This document shows, in pieces, positions 26,871 through 36,481 of a stretch of 64,000 bases of DNA. The stretch comes from Candidatus Dojkabacteria bacterium. GTDB taxonomy: Bacteria; Patescibacteriota; Dojkabacteria; JAFGLO01. The DNA lies in contig JAFGLO010000007.1 in assembly GCA_016927995.1 (NCBI GenBank), positions 17,467-81,466 of the forward strand. Reading direction: 5' to 3'. Made by a program: the position numbers and the translations under genes. Numbering within the stretch: the first letter of the stretch is position 1; each line of letters begins with the position of its first letter. The notes below the pieces were generated by a model, which saw only the letters and a list, made by a program, of their open reading frames with translations, had not been told where the DNA came from and did no database searches.

Positions 26871-28616
26871 ATGAATAGATTTTCCATAAAGATCGGCGGA
26901 CCAGCAGGCGCAGGAATTAAATCAATAGGGCTACTTTTGCAAAAAACCCTTCAAACCCTAGGCTTTTACACATTTGGATATACAGAATACCCCTCCCTAA
27001 TCCGTGGTGGACATAATACCTTCCAGGTTGACTTCTCTGTAGAACCGATTGCCTCGTCAACCCAGAAAATCGACATACTTTTAGCACTCGACGAAGAGAC
27101 CCTCGAAATCCACATCCCAGAGCTTTCCCCAAACGGGGTAATCATATACGATAAAACTCTACAATTCCCAGAAACAGATAGAAAAGACCTACAGATTCTT
27201 GCACTCCCTATAAAAGAAACCTTAGAGCAAAACAAATATCCTGCCATAATGCAAAATAGCGTTCAAATGGGTGTAATTATGGCGACTTGTGATTATCCAA
27301 TAGATGCCCTTAACAAAACCTTGTCAAAGATTTTTGCCCATAAGTCGGAAGATATTATTAAATCTAATCAAGCTGCAGCAAAACTAGGCTTTGACTTAGT
27401 AGAAGGTACAAAATTAGATATAAAAACAGGGCTTAAGCTTCCGGAAAATCCCCACGAATCGCTTGTTCTCACAGCAAACGAAGCATGTGCGTTAAGTTTT
27501 ATATCTTCCGGTGGTAAGTTTTACAGTGCATATCCAATGACACCTGCTACAAACATATTGCATTACTTAGCAAAACACGGACCCCAAAAGGGTGTAGTAG
27601 TACGCCAATCCGCAACGGAAATAGAAGCAATTGGAGTGGCCTTAGGCGCCAGTTTTGGAGGTTTACGCTCAATGGTAGGAACATCGGGCGGTGGATACGA
27701 TCTTATGACGGAATTTGTAAGCGTGCTTGGAATTTCGGAAATCCCTATGGTAATTATTAACGCACAACGAACAGGACCCGCTACAGGGTTACCAACCTGG
27801 CAGGAACAGTCCGACCTTAACATGGTTAAGTTTTCAAGCCACGGCGAATTCCCACGTATTGTAATTGCCCCGGGAGATCCCGAAGAAGCATATGAATTAA
27901 CTGCAGAGGCGCTTAACATGGCCGACAAATACCAATGTCCAGTAATAATTCTTACAGACAAGCACGTCGCAGAAAGCTTTTATGATACTCCTGAATTTAA
28001 GCCTGTAAAAGTTGATCGTGGCAAACTTATCACTTCCGAAAAAGATATTCCCAAGAACTTTTTACGATACACTACAGATACCCACGACGGTATAACATCC
28101 CGCACAATACCAGGACTAAAAGATGGAATTTATGTTGCAAATAGTGATGAGCACTCAGAAGAGGGTTACTCAACAGAAGATATGGAGATGCGCATAAAGC
28201 AGCAAGACAAACGCATGAAAAAGGTCGCAGCAATTAAATCCGATTTGCCACAACCCGAAATTACCGGACCAAAGAATGCTAAAACGCTAATCATAGGGTG
28301 GGGTAGTACAAAGGGAGCCATAGAAGATGCAATTAAGCAATTGAACAATGGAGCATCAGAGCAATCAGGCAACGAGGCCGTTGGGCAATTTGCTTTTTTG
28401 CAACTTAAATACTTATATCCGCTTGACCATGAAAAGCTGGGCAATCTCCTAAGACCTTACAAAAAGCTCATTCTTATAGAAAACAACTCAACTGGTCAAC
28501 TAAAAGACGATCTTGCCCTTGCCGGCAGAAAGCCCGATCACGTTATCCTTCGTTACGATGGCAAGCCATTTTTTGTGGACGAATTAGTAGAACAGCTAAC
28601 TAATCTTATCAAATAA
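26871..28616 (+). CDS. 2-oxoacid (pyruvate/2-oxoglutarate):ferredoxin oxidoreductase, fused gamma-alpha subunit
   Basis: N-terminal gamma-like domain (IKIGGPAGAGIKSIG), then the alpha domain with a YPMTPAT-type motif (AYPMTPATNILHYLA); 581 aa. Confidence 0.8.
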   Translation: MNRFSIKIGGPAGAGIKSIGLLLQKTLQTLGFYTFGYTEYPSLIRGGHNTFQVDFSVEPIASSTQKIDILLALDEETLEIHIPELSPNGVIIYDKTLQFPETDRKDLQILALPIKETLEQNKYPAIMQNSVQMGVIMATCDYPIDALNKTLSKIFAHKSEDIIKSNQAAAKLGFDLVEGTKLDIKTGLKLPENPHESLVLTANEACALSFISSGGKFYSAYPMTPATNILHYLAKHGPQKGVVVRQSATEIEAIGVALGASFGGLRSMVGTSGGGYDLMTEFVSVLGISEIPMVIINAQRTGPATGLPTWQEQSDLNMVKFSSHGEFPRIVIAPGDPEEAYELTAEALNMADKYQCPVIILTDKHVAESFYDTPEFKPVKVDRGKLITSEKDIPKNFLRYTTDTHDGITSRTIPGLKDGIYVANSDEHSEEGYSTEDMEMRIKQQDKRMKKVAAIKSDLPQPEITGPKNAKTLIIGWGSTKGAIEDAIKQLNNGASEQSGNEAVGQFAFLQLKYLYPLDHEKLGNLLRPYKKLILIENNSTGQLKDDLALAGRKPDHVILRYDGKPFFVDELVEQLTNLIK

Positions 28617-28620
28617 ATCC

Positions 28621-29538
28621 ATGACAACAGTAACAAATGATGACTACAAAACGGGAATAGAACCAACCTGGTGCCCAGGTTGCGGCGCGTTCACAATAAA
28701 AGCACTTCTGACACAGCTTTTGGTCCAAATGGGGATCGCACCTCACGAGGTTGTTATCACCTACGACATCGGCTGTAACGGAAATGGAGCCGACAAAGTT
28801 CGGTCCTACGCAGTAAAATCATTACATGGGAGATCTTTATTACCAGCCGTTGGCGCAAAGTACGCAAACCACAAGCTACCTGTTATCTCAATAATAGGTG
28901 ATGGTGGAATGTTTTGGGAGGGCGCAGCACACTTTCTTTCCTTAGCCCAAAGAAACGAAGATATAACCGTATTGGTATATGATAATCAGATTTATGGATT
29001 AACCACAGGCCAGACCTCACCCACAACACCAAAAGGAGTTCAAACCGTTTCCACACCATACGGAGCTGTAGACGAACCATTAAATCCCGTTTCCACGGCA
29101 ATCGCAGTAGGAGCAACATTTGTTGCCCGTGGGTGGGTGGGTCAGCCACAACATCTAAAACAGATTATTAAAAAGGCAATTCTTCATAAAGGGTTCGCAA
29201 TTGTAGACATTCTTACCCAATGCGTAACTTGGAGTAAAATTGATATGCTTGAATATTACAAAGACATGGTTTACGGTTTAGAAACACAAGATCCATACCG
29301 ATCGGAAGTTGATATTGACGAATCAATGGTAAGAAATATGAACATAGAAGCACACGACAGTGCAAACAAACTTAAGGCAATGGAGCTTGCACTCCGTGAG
29401 GACAAAATACCACTTGGGGTATTCTACAGGCAAGAAAAAGACACACTGGTTGATAAGTTTGAGCCGCTTAAGAAAGGTTCACTAGTTAGCCAGACGCAAG
29501 TCCCCAATATTGATGATTTAATGGAGGAGTTTAAGTAG
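28621..29538 (+). CDS. 2-oxoacid:ferredoxin oxidoreductase beta subunit (TPP-binding)
   Basis: WCPGCGAFTI and TPP-binding IGDGGMFWEGAAHF...YDNQIYGLTTGQ motifs. Confidence 0.85.
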   Translation: MTTVTNDDYKTGIEPTWCPGCGAFTIKALLTQLLVQMGIAPHEVVITYDIGCNGNGADKVRSYAVKSLHGRSLLPAVGAKYANHKLPVISIIGDGGMFWEGAAHFLSLAQRNEDITVLVYDNQIYGLTTGQTSPTTPKGVQTVSTPYGAVDEPLNPVSTAIAVGATFVARGWVGQPQHLKQIIKKAILHKGFAIVDILTQCVTWSKIDMLEYYKDMVYGLETQDPYRSEVDIDESMVRNMNIEAHDSANKLKAMELALREDKIPLGVFYRQEKDTLVDKFEPLKKGSLVSQTQVPNIDDLMEEFK

Positions 29539-29586
29539 ACGAGCCTTATACCACGGATAAAAAACAACGCCTTGGGATCAACATTA

Positions 29587-31299
29587 TTAAGGAGAAGGAC
29601 TTAATACAACACCCTTCTTTTCCACCATCCACTCCTTGTCCACCACCTGGTCAGCTAAATACTTATCGTGTGAAATAATCAAGATACTTCCCTGATACCG
29701 CCTTAAAAATTCGGTGACAATTTCACGAGACTCAATATCCAAGTGGTTAACAGGTTCATCGAGAAGCAGAAAATTGGGAGAATCTATCATTATTTTCATA
29801 AGCTGAAGGCGCGATTTTTCACCACCAGATAAATCCCTAATAAGCTTGTGCTCGTCGTCGCGCTCAAACGAAAAGCGCCTTAGCATCGAGTAAACCTGAC
29901 CACGTTTTTCCAAACCCAAGGAGTGTAAAAACTGATTCACCTTAAGCTTCTCGGGCAGGTTAGATTGACTTTGAGAGTAATATCCAATTGAAACACTGGG
30001 ACCAATATAAATATCGGAGGACTCAATAACCTTTGAATATTCAGCAAAAAACTTACTTATACCAAACTCTTCCGGGACAGGTTTCAAACCCATTCCTACA
30101 GAATTTCTGTCCAAACAATACTTCGTAAGAATAATCTTTAAAAGAGTGGTTTTACCACTTCCATTATTCCCAGCCAGTCTTCTCTTTTGACCGTTGTTAA
30201 GTTCAATATTTACATTTTCAAAAAGCGGCTTACCTTTAAACCCAAAGCTAAAATCTCTAAACCTAACCGTAATCTGACCGGAGCGTTCGACCTTCCCGGA
30301 GGTCAACTCAAAAATCTTTTCAAAATCACGCGGGTCGGGTGGAGGATTTTCCTTAAGTTCAGTAACCTCACGTTTAAGTTTTTTATAAAGCGTAACTGCA
30401 CCGCCTTCGTATCCGGCTGCACGCATCCATTCAGCAGCCCGTATAAGCTTCTTTTGTTTATCTTTAAGTTCTCTCTGATACAAATCCCAATTATGTTTTA
30501 TGGAATCAATTTCGGAACCTCTAACAGCCTTATACTTACTATAATTTCCCTTCATCTCTCTAAACTTTTTCTGTTCAAAGGTCCAAACCGTATCCACAAG
30601 TTCATCTAAAACATATCTATCATGAGAAACAATAATCACAGCACCCTTAAAGCCTTTTATAAACTCAATAAACCATTCTCGGGCATGCATATCAAGGTGA
30701 GTTAATGGTTCATCAAGAATCATAACGTCAAAGCCCTTGCCCACAAGAATTGTTGCCAATTCTACGATTTTACGCTCACCACCTGAGAGATCCATAAGCC
30801 TGCTGTCCCAACGAATATTCCGAAACCCTGAACCATCTTGCCTTATTCCTAATCCTTCTAACGTACTCTCAACCCGATCAATAAGTGAGTAGCCTTCGCG
30901 ACGTTCATATTCTGCCTGCGCAACAGCAAGTTTCTGCATATTCTTAGGGGAGGAGTCATTGGAAATTGTTTTTAAAGCTTCATAATACTTGGTTTCTATA
31001 TCCAAGAGAGCCTTTTGTGACTCAACAACGTAGTCATAAACAGTTTTATTAAGCTCAGAAGTTTCGTAATCTCTATACAACTGACGAAAGTAAGCAACTT
31101 CACACCCCGGCTTCTGCCAAACACTACCTGCAATTTCAGTATCAATACCGGCAATAATATTACAAAATGTACTTTTCCCTATACCATTGGCACCCAGAAG
31201 CCCAATTCTTGATCGATCTAGCACAGTAGCATTTACATCTTCAAAAATCAGCGTAGTGCCGTAATATTTTTGTATATTTTCAAGTTTAATAAGTTCCAT
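29587..31299 (-). CDS. ABC-F family ATPase (two tandem ABC domains, no TM; translation-factor type)
   Basis: Two Walker A (GANGIGKST; GNNGSGKTT) and two LSGGE signature motifs separated by linker; 570 aa. Confidence 0.85.
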   Translation of the reverse strand: MELIKLENIQKYYGTTLIFEDVNATVLDRSRIGLLGANGIGKSTFCNIIAGIDTEIAGSVWQKPGCEVAYFRQLYRDYETSELNKTVYDYVVESQKALLDIETKYYEALKTISNDSSPKNMQKLAVAQAEYERREGYSLIDRVESTLEGLGIRQDGSGFRNIRWDSRLMDLSGGERKIVELATILVGKGFDVMILDEPLTHLDMHAREWFIEFIKGFKGAVIIVSHDRYVLDELVDTVWTFEQKKFREMKGNYSKYKAVRGSEIDSIKHNWDLYQRELKDKQKKLIRAAEWMRAAGYEGGAVTLYKKLKREVTELKENPPPDPRDFEKIFELTSGKVERSGQITVRFRDFSFGFKGKPLFENVNIELNNGQKRRLAGNNGSGKTTLLKIILTKYCLDRNSVGMGLKPVPEEFGISKFFAEYSKVIESSDIYIGPSVSIGYYSQSQSNLPEKLKVNQFLHSLGLEKRGQVYSMLRRFSFERDDEHKLIRDLSGGEKSRLQLMKIMIDSPNFLLLDEPVNHLDIESREIVTEFLRRYQGSILIISHDKYLADQVVDKEWMVEKKGVVLSPSP

Positions 31300-31436
31300 A
31301 GTTAATAGGTTTCTGCCAAAGGCGGATCAGCCGTTGGCTGAGGTAAGCTAGAAAGTTGATGAATACGTGAGTCAGATAACCAATGAGAAATACTTAAGTG
31401 AACCCCAAAACAGTTACTGCTTACTATTTTACCGGA

Positions 31437-31486
31437 CAAGTCAGAGACACGTCCTAACTATTTTACTGCTTCACTATTTCACTTCT
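31437..31486 (+). repeat. Intergenic repeat family member S1 (CAAGTCAGAGACACGTCCTAACTATTTTACTGCTTCACTATTTCACT)
   Basis: Shares CAAGTC-NN-RGACAYGTC-N-CTAMTA...TTCACT with 35947-35993, 63297-63335 and minus strand of 37549-37600. Confidence 0.6.
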
Positions 31487-31494
31487 TTTCTGTT

Positions 31495-33111
31495 CTAATT
31501 CCAATACCCGATTTCTTCGTAGGTTTGATCCTCGGTAATTTCAATACAACCGGTACTTGATCCTATCGGACACTTCTTCCCGGAAATAAAGTCGTATGTA
31601 TCTAAATCATAGGTTAATGTGTAGACATAATCAGCTGTTGTATAATACTCGTAATATCGGTTTGCATCATCGTCGTAATCATAATCATAAATGTAGCCCC
31701 TAGCAGCATCCAACATGTCATAGTACTCATCGTAATCCGACAACACACAATCATCGTTTAAACATTTGTATATTGTTGAGTTAAATTCTTCGTCATACTC
31801 AAATTTAAAAGTATAATTACCAACGTCTTCCTCGTAGTTGTAATATGACAGATCATAAGAAACATCAAGACCACTTACAGGAAGGGATAACATACCGGGA
31901 AATCCACCACGCTCAAGTTCGTCAAAAACTTCTTCCCAGTCAATATTTTCATCAATTATTGGACCCAGATCTTTTGCTTCTTTAGGAAGGGAAATGTCAA
32001 GGTATTTTCCGTATCCGTCCACGGCAATTGAAAAATTCATCTTAATGGTATTATTCCAGCCGGAGTACGAGGTTTCAATGGTCATTCCAAATTCAATCTC
32101 ATAAAGTTTCATTGTAACTCTATCAGTACAAAATGAAACGTGCATCTCTTTAAGATCATCAAAATCTGAAAAATCACCCTCGGAATCTATTTCCTTCTCA
32201 AGATAATCAACAAAATCTGAAATCTTTTTCTCATCCCAGTACCACATATAGCAACGAGCACGCCCGTCATCAAATGTCTTACCGGGCAAGTCAACAATCT
32301 CAGGCTGAATTTCATCACTTGTTAGAATTTTCTCAATAAGCTTGTACTCTTCGTCAGTAAGCTCGAAAGCCGTTGGTTCATTTATTGTTTCAATCTGATC
32401 GCTATATCGTTCATTGTAGATTTCAATAATCTCGGATATATCATAATAAACCCACTTGTTAACATACTCTAAAGCTTCGGAGTCCATATTCTCTTTCACA
32501 TAATCTTCATCTATTGTGACCTTTCCAAATATAATTTCGTCTGTTGTAATATACCCATATTCAAGATTCATTTCGTTTATTGCATCGTATTCTTCTTCTT
32601 CTGTGTCATCCCATTCAGAAGACTTCACATTAACGGTTAAATCACCTTTTATATCCTGGGTTCTTATGTCGGTTAGCATATTCATTGTCATCGAAAAACT
32701 TTCAAGAGAGGTTTCTCGAGTATCGAGATCTTTCTCCTCTGATGAAAAGGAAAATTCATATGTTGCCTTCGATGGGCGATCTTTCTCCGGAATACTACTT
32801 ATATCTTTATTGTTAAGTCCGATTTCTTTCAGAAGCTCTTCAAGGGTATATCCACCTTCCTCCGTAGCTTTTTTAAGTTCAGGAAGTAAAGACTCGGTAA
32901 TATCGGTAAACTCATATGGATATGGAACAAATGAAGAAACATTTAAAAGCCCTTCGGTATAATCAATAACGGGGGATGCTAACGGGACTTCAATATTTGT
33001 AAGTGCTGCAAATCCCACAAGCCCTGTAAATCCCAAGGCTAAAGAACTAAATACAGACAAGAAAAGTCCGGTCAAAACACCGGCAAGAACCTTTATATTG
33101 AATTTCTTCAT
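31495..33111 (-). CDS. Hypothetical membrane-anchored extracellular protein, highly acidic, Asp/Tyr-rich C-terminus
   Basis: N-terminal TM/signal, 538 aa, very low pI composition (runs like DYDYDDDANRYYEYY, YDLDTYDF). Confidence 0.45.
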   Translation of the reverse strand: MKKFNIKVLAGVLTGLFLSVFSSLALGFTGLVGFAALTNIEVPLASPVIDYTEGLLNVSSFVPYPYEFTDITESLLPELKKATEEGGYTLEELLKEIGLNNKDISSIPEKDRPSKATYEFSFSSEEKDLDTRETSLESFSMTMNMLTDIRTQDIKGDLTVNVKSSEWDDTEEEEYDAINEMNLEYGYITTDEIIFGKVTIDEDYVKENMDSEALEYVNKWVYYDISEIIEIYNERYSDQIETINEPTAFELTDEEYKLIEKILTSDEIQPEIVDLPGKTFDDGRARCYMWYWDEKKISDFVDYLEKEIDSEGDFSDFDDLKEMHVSFCTDRVTMKLYEIEFGMTIETSYSGWNNTIKMNFSIAVDGYGKYLDISLPKEAKDLGPIIDENIDWEEVFDELERGGFPGMLSLPVSGLDVSYDLSYYNYEEDVGNYTFKFEYDEEFNSTIYKCLNDDCVLSDYDEYYDMLDAARGYIYDYDYDDDANRYYEYYTTADYVYTLTYDLDTYDFISGKKCPIGSSTGCIEITEDQTYEEIGYWN

Positions 33112-33180
33112 TTATGAATGAATAAAGTTAATGATAACATTATATCAGTTAGTGACAAAAAAGTGAACTATGGGCTCTAG

Positions 33181-33336
33181 GGTGTGTTAGCCCTGGGGCC
33201 TGGGGAGCAAAATTAGATGTTCCCGTGTGTACAAACTCTGACAATTTTAAGATACGTGTCATTATATCTCTCTGTGAAATCGACGAGTACTGTCATTTAG
33301 CTAATTTTGCTCCCCAGGCCCCAGGGCTAACACACA
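33181..33336. repeat. 36-bp perfect inverted repeat (GGTGTGTTAGCCCTGGGGCCTGGGGAGCAAAATTAG / CTAATTTTGCTCCCCAGGCCCCAGGGCTAACACAC) flanking an 84-bp AT-rich spacer
   Basis: Direct reading; its arms are GC-rich compared with the surrounding sequence; lies in divergent intergenic region. Confidence 0.7.
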
Positions 33337-33418
33337 CTAACTATCCACCAAGCACTGTTTACTCATTTTAATAAACAATGTATACTTACAGGTTTTGTAA
33401 GTTAATCTACCTCAATAA

Positions 33419-34180
33419 ATGAAAAGCGAAAAAATTATAGAAGTAAAAAACCTTTTTAAGCGGTACGGAAATCTAGTCGCAGTAAATGACATAAGCTTTG
33501 ATGTTTATAAAGGCGAAATTTTTGGACTTTTAGGTCCTAACGGTGCAGGAAAAACTACAACCCTTGAAATAATGGAAACACTCCGGGATGAAACAGATGG
33601 CGACGTAACCATTGCCGGGTATTCAATAAACAAAGATCCAAACAAAATAAAAAGACTTATTGGAATTCAGCTTCAACAGTCAGGATTTTATCCCAAACTC
33701 AATTTAACTCAACTTATCCAACTCTTTGAAGGACTTTATGGTGTAAAGGTTGATACAAAAGAAGTTCTTGACTCTGTTGGACTGGGCGACAAGGCCAAGG
33801 TCGAATTTTCTAAAATGTCAGGCGGACAAAAGCAACGGTTTTCTCTTGCAGTAACGCTCATAAACCGTCCCAGGATAATATTTCTAGACGAGCCAACAAC
33901 AGGTCTTGATCCGCAAACTCGCGTAAACATTTGGGATTTAATACGATCTATTCGTGATACAGGAGTAACAATAATTATGACTACCCACTACATGGAAGAA
34001 GCTGAAGAGCTGTGCGATAGGGTAGGAATTATGGATAATGGTAAGCTTGTAGCCATTGACACACCCCAAAATCTTGTTCAGGAGCTTCTGGACCGTGGAT
34101 TCAAATCTAAAAAGGTAATAAAACCTGCAAGTTTGGCCGATGTTTTTCTTGACTTAACAGGTAAAGAACTTAGAGAATAA
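33419..34180 (+). CDS. ABC transporter ATP-binding protein (ABC-2/DrrA-like exporter)
   Basis: Walker A GPNGAGKTT, signature SGGQKQR, Walker B IIFLDEPTTGLD. Confidence 0.85.
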   Translation: MKSEKIIEVKNLFKRYGNLVAVNDISFDVYKGEIFGLLGPNGAGKTTTLEIMETLRDETDGDVTIAGYSINKDPNKIKRLIGIQLQQSGFYPKLNLTQLIQLFEGLYGVKVDTKEVLDSVGLGDKAKVEFSKMSGGQKQRFSLAVTLINRPRIIFLDEPTTGLDPQTRVNIWDLIRSIRDTGVTIIMTTHYMEEAEELCDRVGIMDNGKLVAIDTPQNLVQELLDRGFKSKKVIKPASLADVFLDLTGKELRE

Positions 34181-34243
34181 GATCTTCGTAAGGATAGGTT
34201 AAAAACCTGTCCGAAAGTTAACAATAACTTAAAAAAAAACTAA

Positions 34244-35383
34244 ATGGCAAAAAGCACAAAGCAAGACAAAAAAACAAAACCGGTTCCTAGAAAATATAAT
34301 CAACTAAAAGCACTCCTTGCAATTACAAAGGCTAGCATGATCTCAACATTGCGAAGCCCAAGCAGTCTAATTTTTGGACTTATCTTCCCGATAATTTTTG
34401 TAAGCATCTTTGGACTTTTGGATGATCAGGGACTTTCATTTGACGTAGCACTTCGCAAAGGATCAGATACAACAAACCCAATATTCGAAAGCCTTAGTGA
34501 GTCAGAAAGCGTAACCTTTGAATATGACCTTTCAGATACAGAGATCTTGGAAAAGCTTGAGAAGGGAAAACTCGATGCGGAAATTTTCATCGAGCGAAGA
34601 GACTATCAATTGCCGATGTACGAAATTACGGTCACCGTAAGTAACGCCTCCCAAATGTCTGGACAGTTCTTACATGTTGTTTCAGGAATTTCAGACAAAA
34701 TAAATCTTGCTGCAGCTCCGGTAGACGGATTCCTAACATCACTTTCAGTATCGGAGGTCGAGGGTAGAAAATACAAAGCAATAGACTTTATCCTGCCAGG
34801 ACAATTAGGCTTTTCACTACTTAACATGGGTGTTTTTGCAACTGCGTTTGTATTCCTAAGACTACGAGAAACCCTTGTTCTAAAGCGTTTTTTTGCAACA
34901 CCTGTTAAAAAACTTTATGTTATAGTTGGTGAAGCATTTAGTAGACTCAGCATTTCGTTACTTCAGGCAATGCTTGTAATTTTACTTGGATATTTCTTCC
35001 TTGGATTTACTCTGAGTAATGGAGTGGAGACATTTATAAGCATGGTACTTTTATCGGCTATAGGACTTATAATCTTCATGGGATTCGGCTTTATGATATC
35101 CGGAATTGCAAAGACAGATGCAGCAATTTCACCTTTTGCAAACATTATCACTTTACCTCAAATGCTTTTGTCGGGCACATTTTTTGAAATGGAATTCTTT
35201 CCGACTTGGCTACAATCAATTGGGAAAGCATTGCCACTTACATATTTTAATGATGCTATGAGGAAAATCGCATTTGAAGGCTTAAGCCTTGTCGACGTAT
35301 GGCCCGAACTTTTAGCCTTATCCGTATGGGGAATTGGTATATATTTCGTTGCCATCAGAGTTTTTAAATGGGAAGCAGACTAA
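34244..35383 (+). CDS. ABC-2 family transporter permease
   Basis: N-terminal TM, large extracytoplasmic loop, then 5 C-terminal TM helices; adjacent to ABC ATPase. Confidence 0.7.
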   Translation: MAKSTKQDKKTKPVPRKYNQLKALLAITKASMISTLRSPSSLIFGLIFPIIFVSIFGLLDDQGLSFDVALRKGSDTTNPIFESLSESESVTFEYDLSDTEILEKLEKGKLDAEIFIERRDYQLPMYEITVTVSNASQMSGQFLHVVSGISDKINLAAAPVDGFLTSLSVSEVEGRKYKAIDFILPGQLGFSLLNMGVFATAFVFLRLRETLVLKRFFATPVKKLYVIVGEAFSRLSISLLQAMLVILLGYFFLGFTLSNGVETFISMVLLSAIGLIIFMGFGFMISGIAKTDAAISPFANIITLPQMLLSGTFFEMEFFPTWLQSIGKALPLTYFNDAMRKIAFEGLSLVDVWPELLALSVWGIGIYFVAIRVFKWEAD

Positions 35384-35928
35384 CAATCATGACAGAAAAA
35401 AACAAAGCAAAAGGCACCACTGGAGGAGTTATTGCAACCGTTGGATCTATTATTCTTGTAAATGCACTCACCGCCGCCTGTCCGCTTTGTTTGGTCGCCG
35501 TTTCCGCAAGTGCAGGCTTGTCAAAATACCTTGGAGTTGACGACACAATTACAGGAACATGGTTAGGTGCAATTGCCGTTACAATTATTTTTATGATTAT
35601 TTCGGCATTCGATAAAAAAGGAAAACAGTTCCCAGGAAGAAATCTGTTAATAACTCTGTCTGTTTTTACTGCGTTTTTAATTCCGCTTACCCTAACTGGA
35701 CTTGTAGGTAATCCACAAAATGTTATCTCTTACTCTATACCTTGGGGTATTGATAAGCTTCTTTTTGGAATGGCTGTAGGTTCAATCACTTTTGTAATTT
35801 TTAGCAACATTCACAATCTGTTAAAACAAAAAAACAATGGTAAAAGCTTTTTTCCGTTTCAGAAGGTCGTTTTACCGGTTGCGGGATTACTTTTAACAAG
35901 CATCATTCTTTATTTCATTTATAAATAG
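35368..35928 (+). CDS. Hypothetical membrane protein
   Basis: 5-6 TM helices; start overlaps permease end. Confidence 0.4.
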   Translation: MGSRLTIMTEKNKAKGTTGGVIATVGSIILVNALTAACPLCLVAVSASAGLSKYLGVDDTITGTWLGAIAVTIIFMIISAFDKKGKQFPGRNLLITLSVFTAFLIPLTLTGLVGNPQNVISYSIPWGIDKLLFGMAVGSITFVIFSNIHNLLKQKNNGKSFFPFQKVVLPVAGLLLTSIILYFIYK

Positions 35929-35946
35929 TTTCACTTCTTTACTAGG

Positions 35947-35993
35947 CAAGTCATAGACATGTCTCTACTACTTCACTGTTTCACTGTTTCACT
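35947..35993 (+). repeat. Intergenic repeat family member S2 (CAAGTCATAGACATGTCTCTACTACTTCACTGTTTCACTGTTTCACTG)
   Basis: See S1; includes 3 x TTTCACTG tandem. Confidence 0.6.
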
Positions 35994-36022
35994 GTATAAT
36001 CCAACACTTAAACTAAAATTCA

Positions 36023-36481
36023 ATGCAAATGAAAGAATCCGACGTAAAAATTAAAGATGTAGAAGAACTTGTCGAAAAATATGACAGTCTTAAAAAGAAA
36101 AACAAGCTGGATTTATCAGCAGATCAGGACTTGTCTATTGCAATTATGAACTTAATCAGTATTGAAGAACATCTTTTCTTTAGCGGAGCCAAGACGGGTG
36201 ATTCAGCTTACTACGAACTGTTAGATCAAATTCGTGAGATGCGAAAAGAACTTCTTAAAAAGATTATTAAGGCTTATGAAGGCGAAGTCTGGTGTATTTC
36301 TAAGCATCTTTTGGCCGCAAGTTATCGCCTAATGGAAGTTGGAACCAAAAAATTGTCCCAGGGAGATTCTCAGGAAGCAACGGATCTATTTGATAAAGCT
36401 TATGGTTTATACTCACTCTTTTGGGCATTAAATATGGGAGTAATCAAAGTAACTGACATTAAAACAACCTCTAAATCCTAA
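36023..36481 (+). CDS. Hypothetical protein
   Basis: 152 aa, helical; no family recognized. Confidence 0.35.
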   Translation: MQMKESDVKIKDVEELVEKYDSLKKKNKLDLSADQDLSIAIMNLISIEEHLFFSGAKTGDSAYYELLDQIREMRKELLKKIIKAYEGEVWCISKHLLAASYRLMEVGTKKLSQGDSQEATDLFDKAYGLYSLFWALNMGVIKVTDIKTTSKS

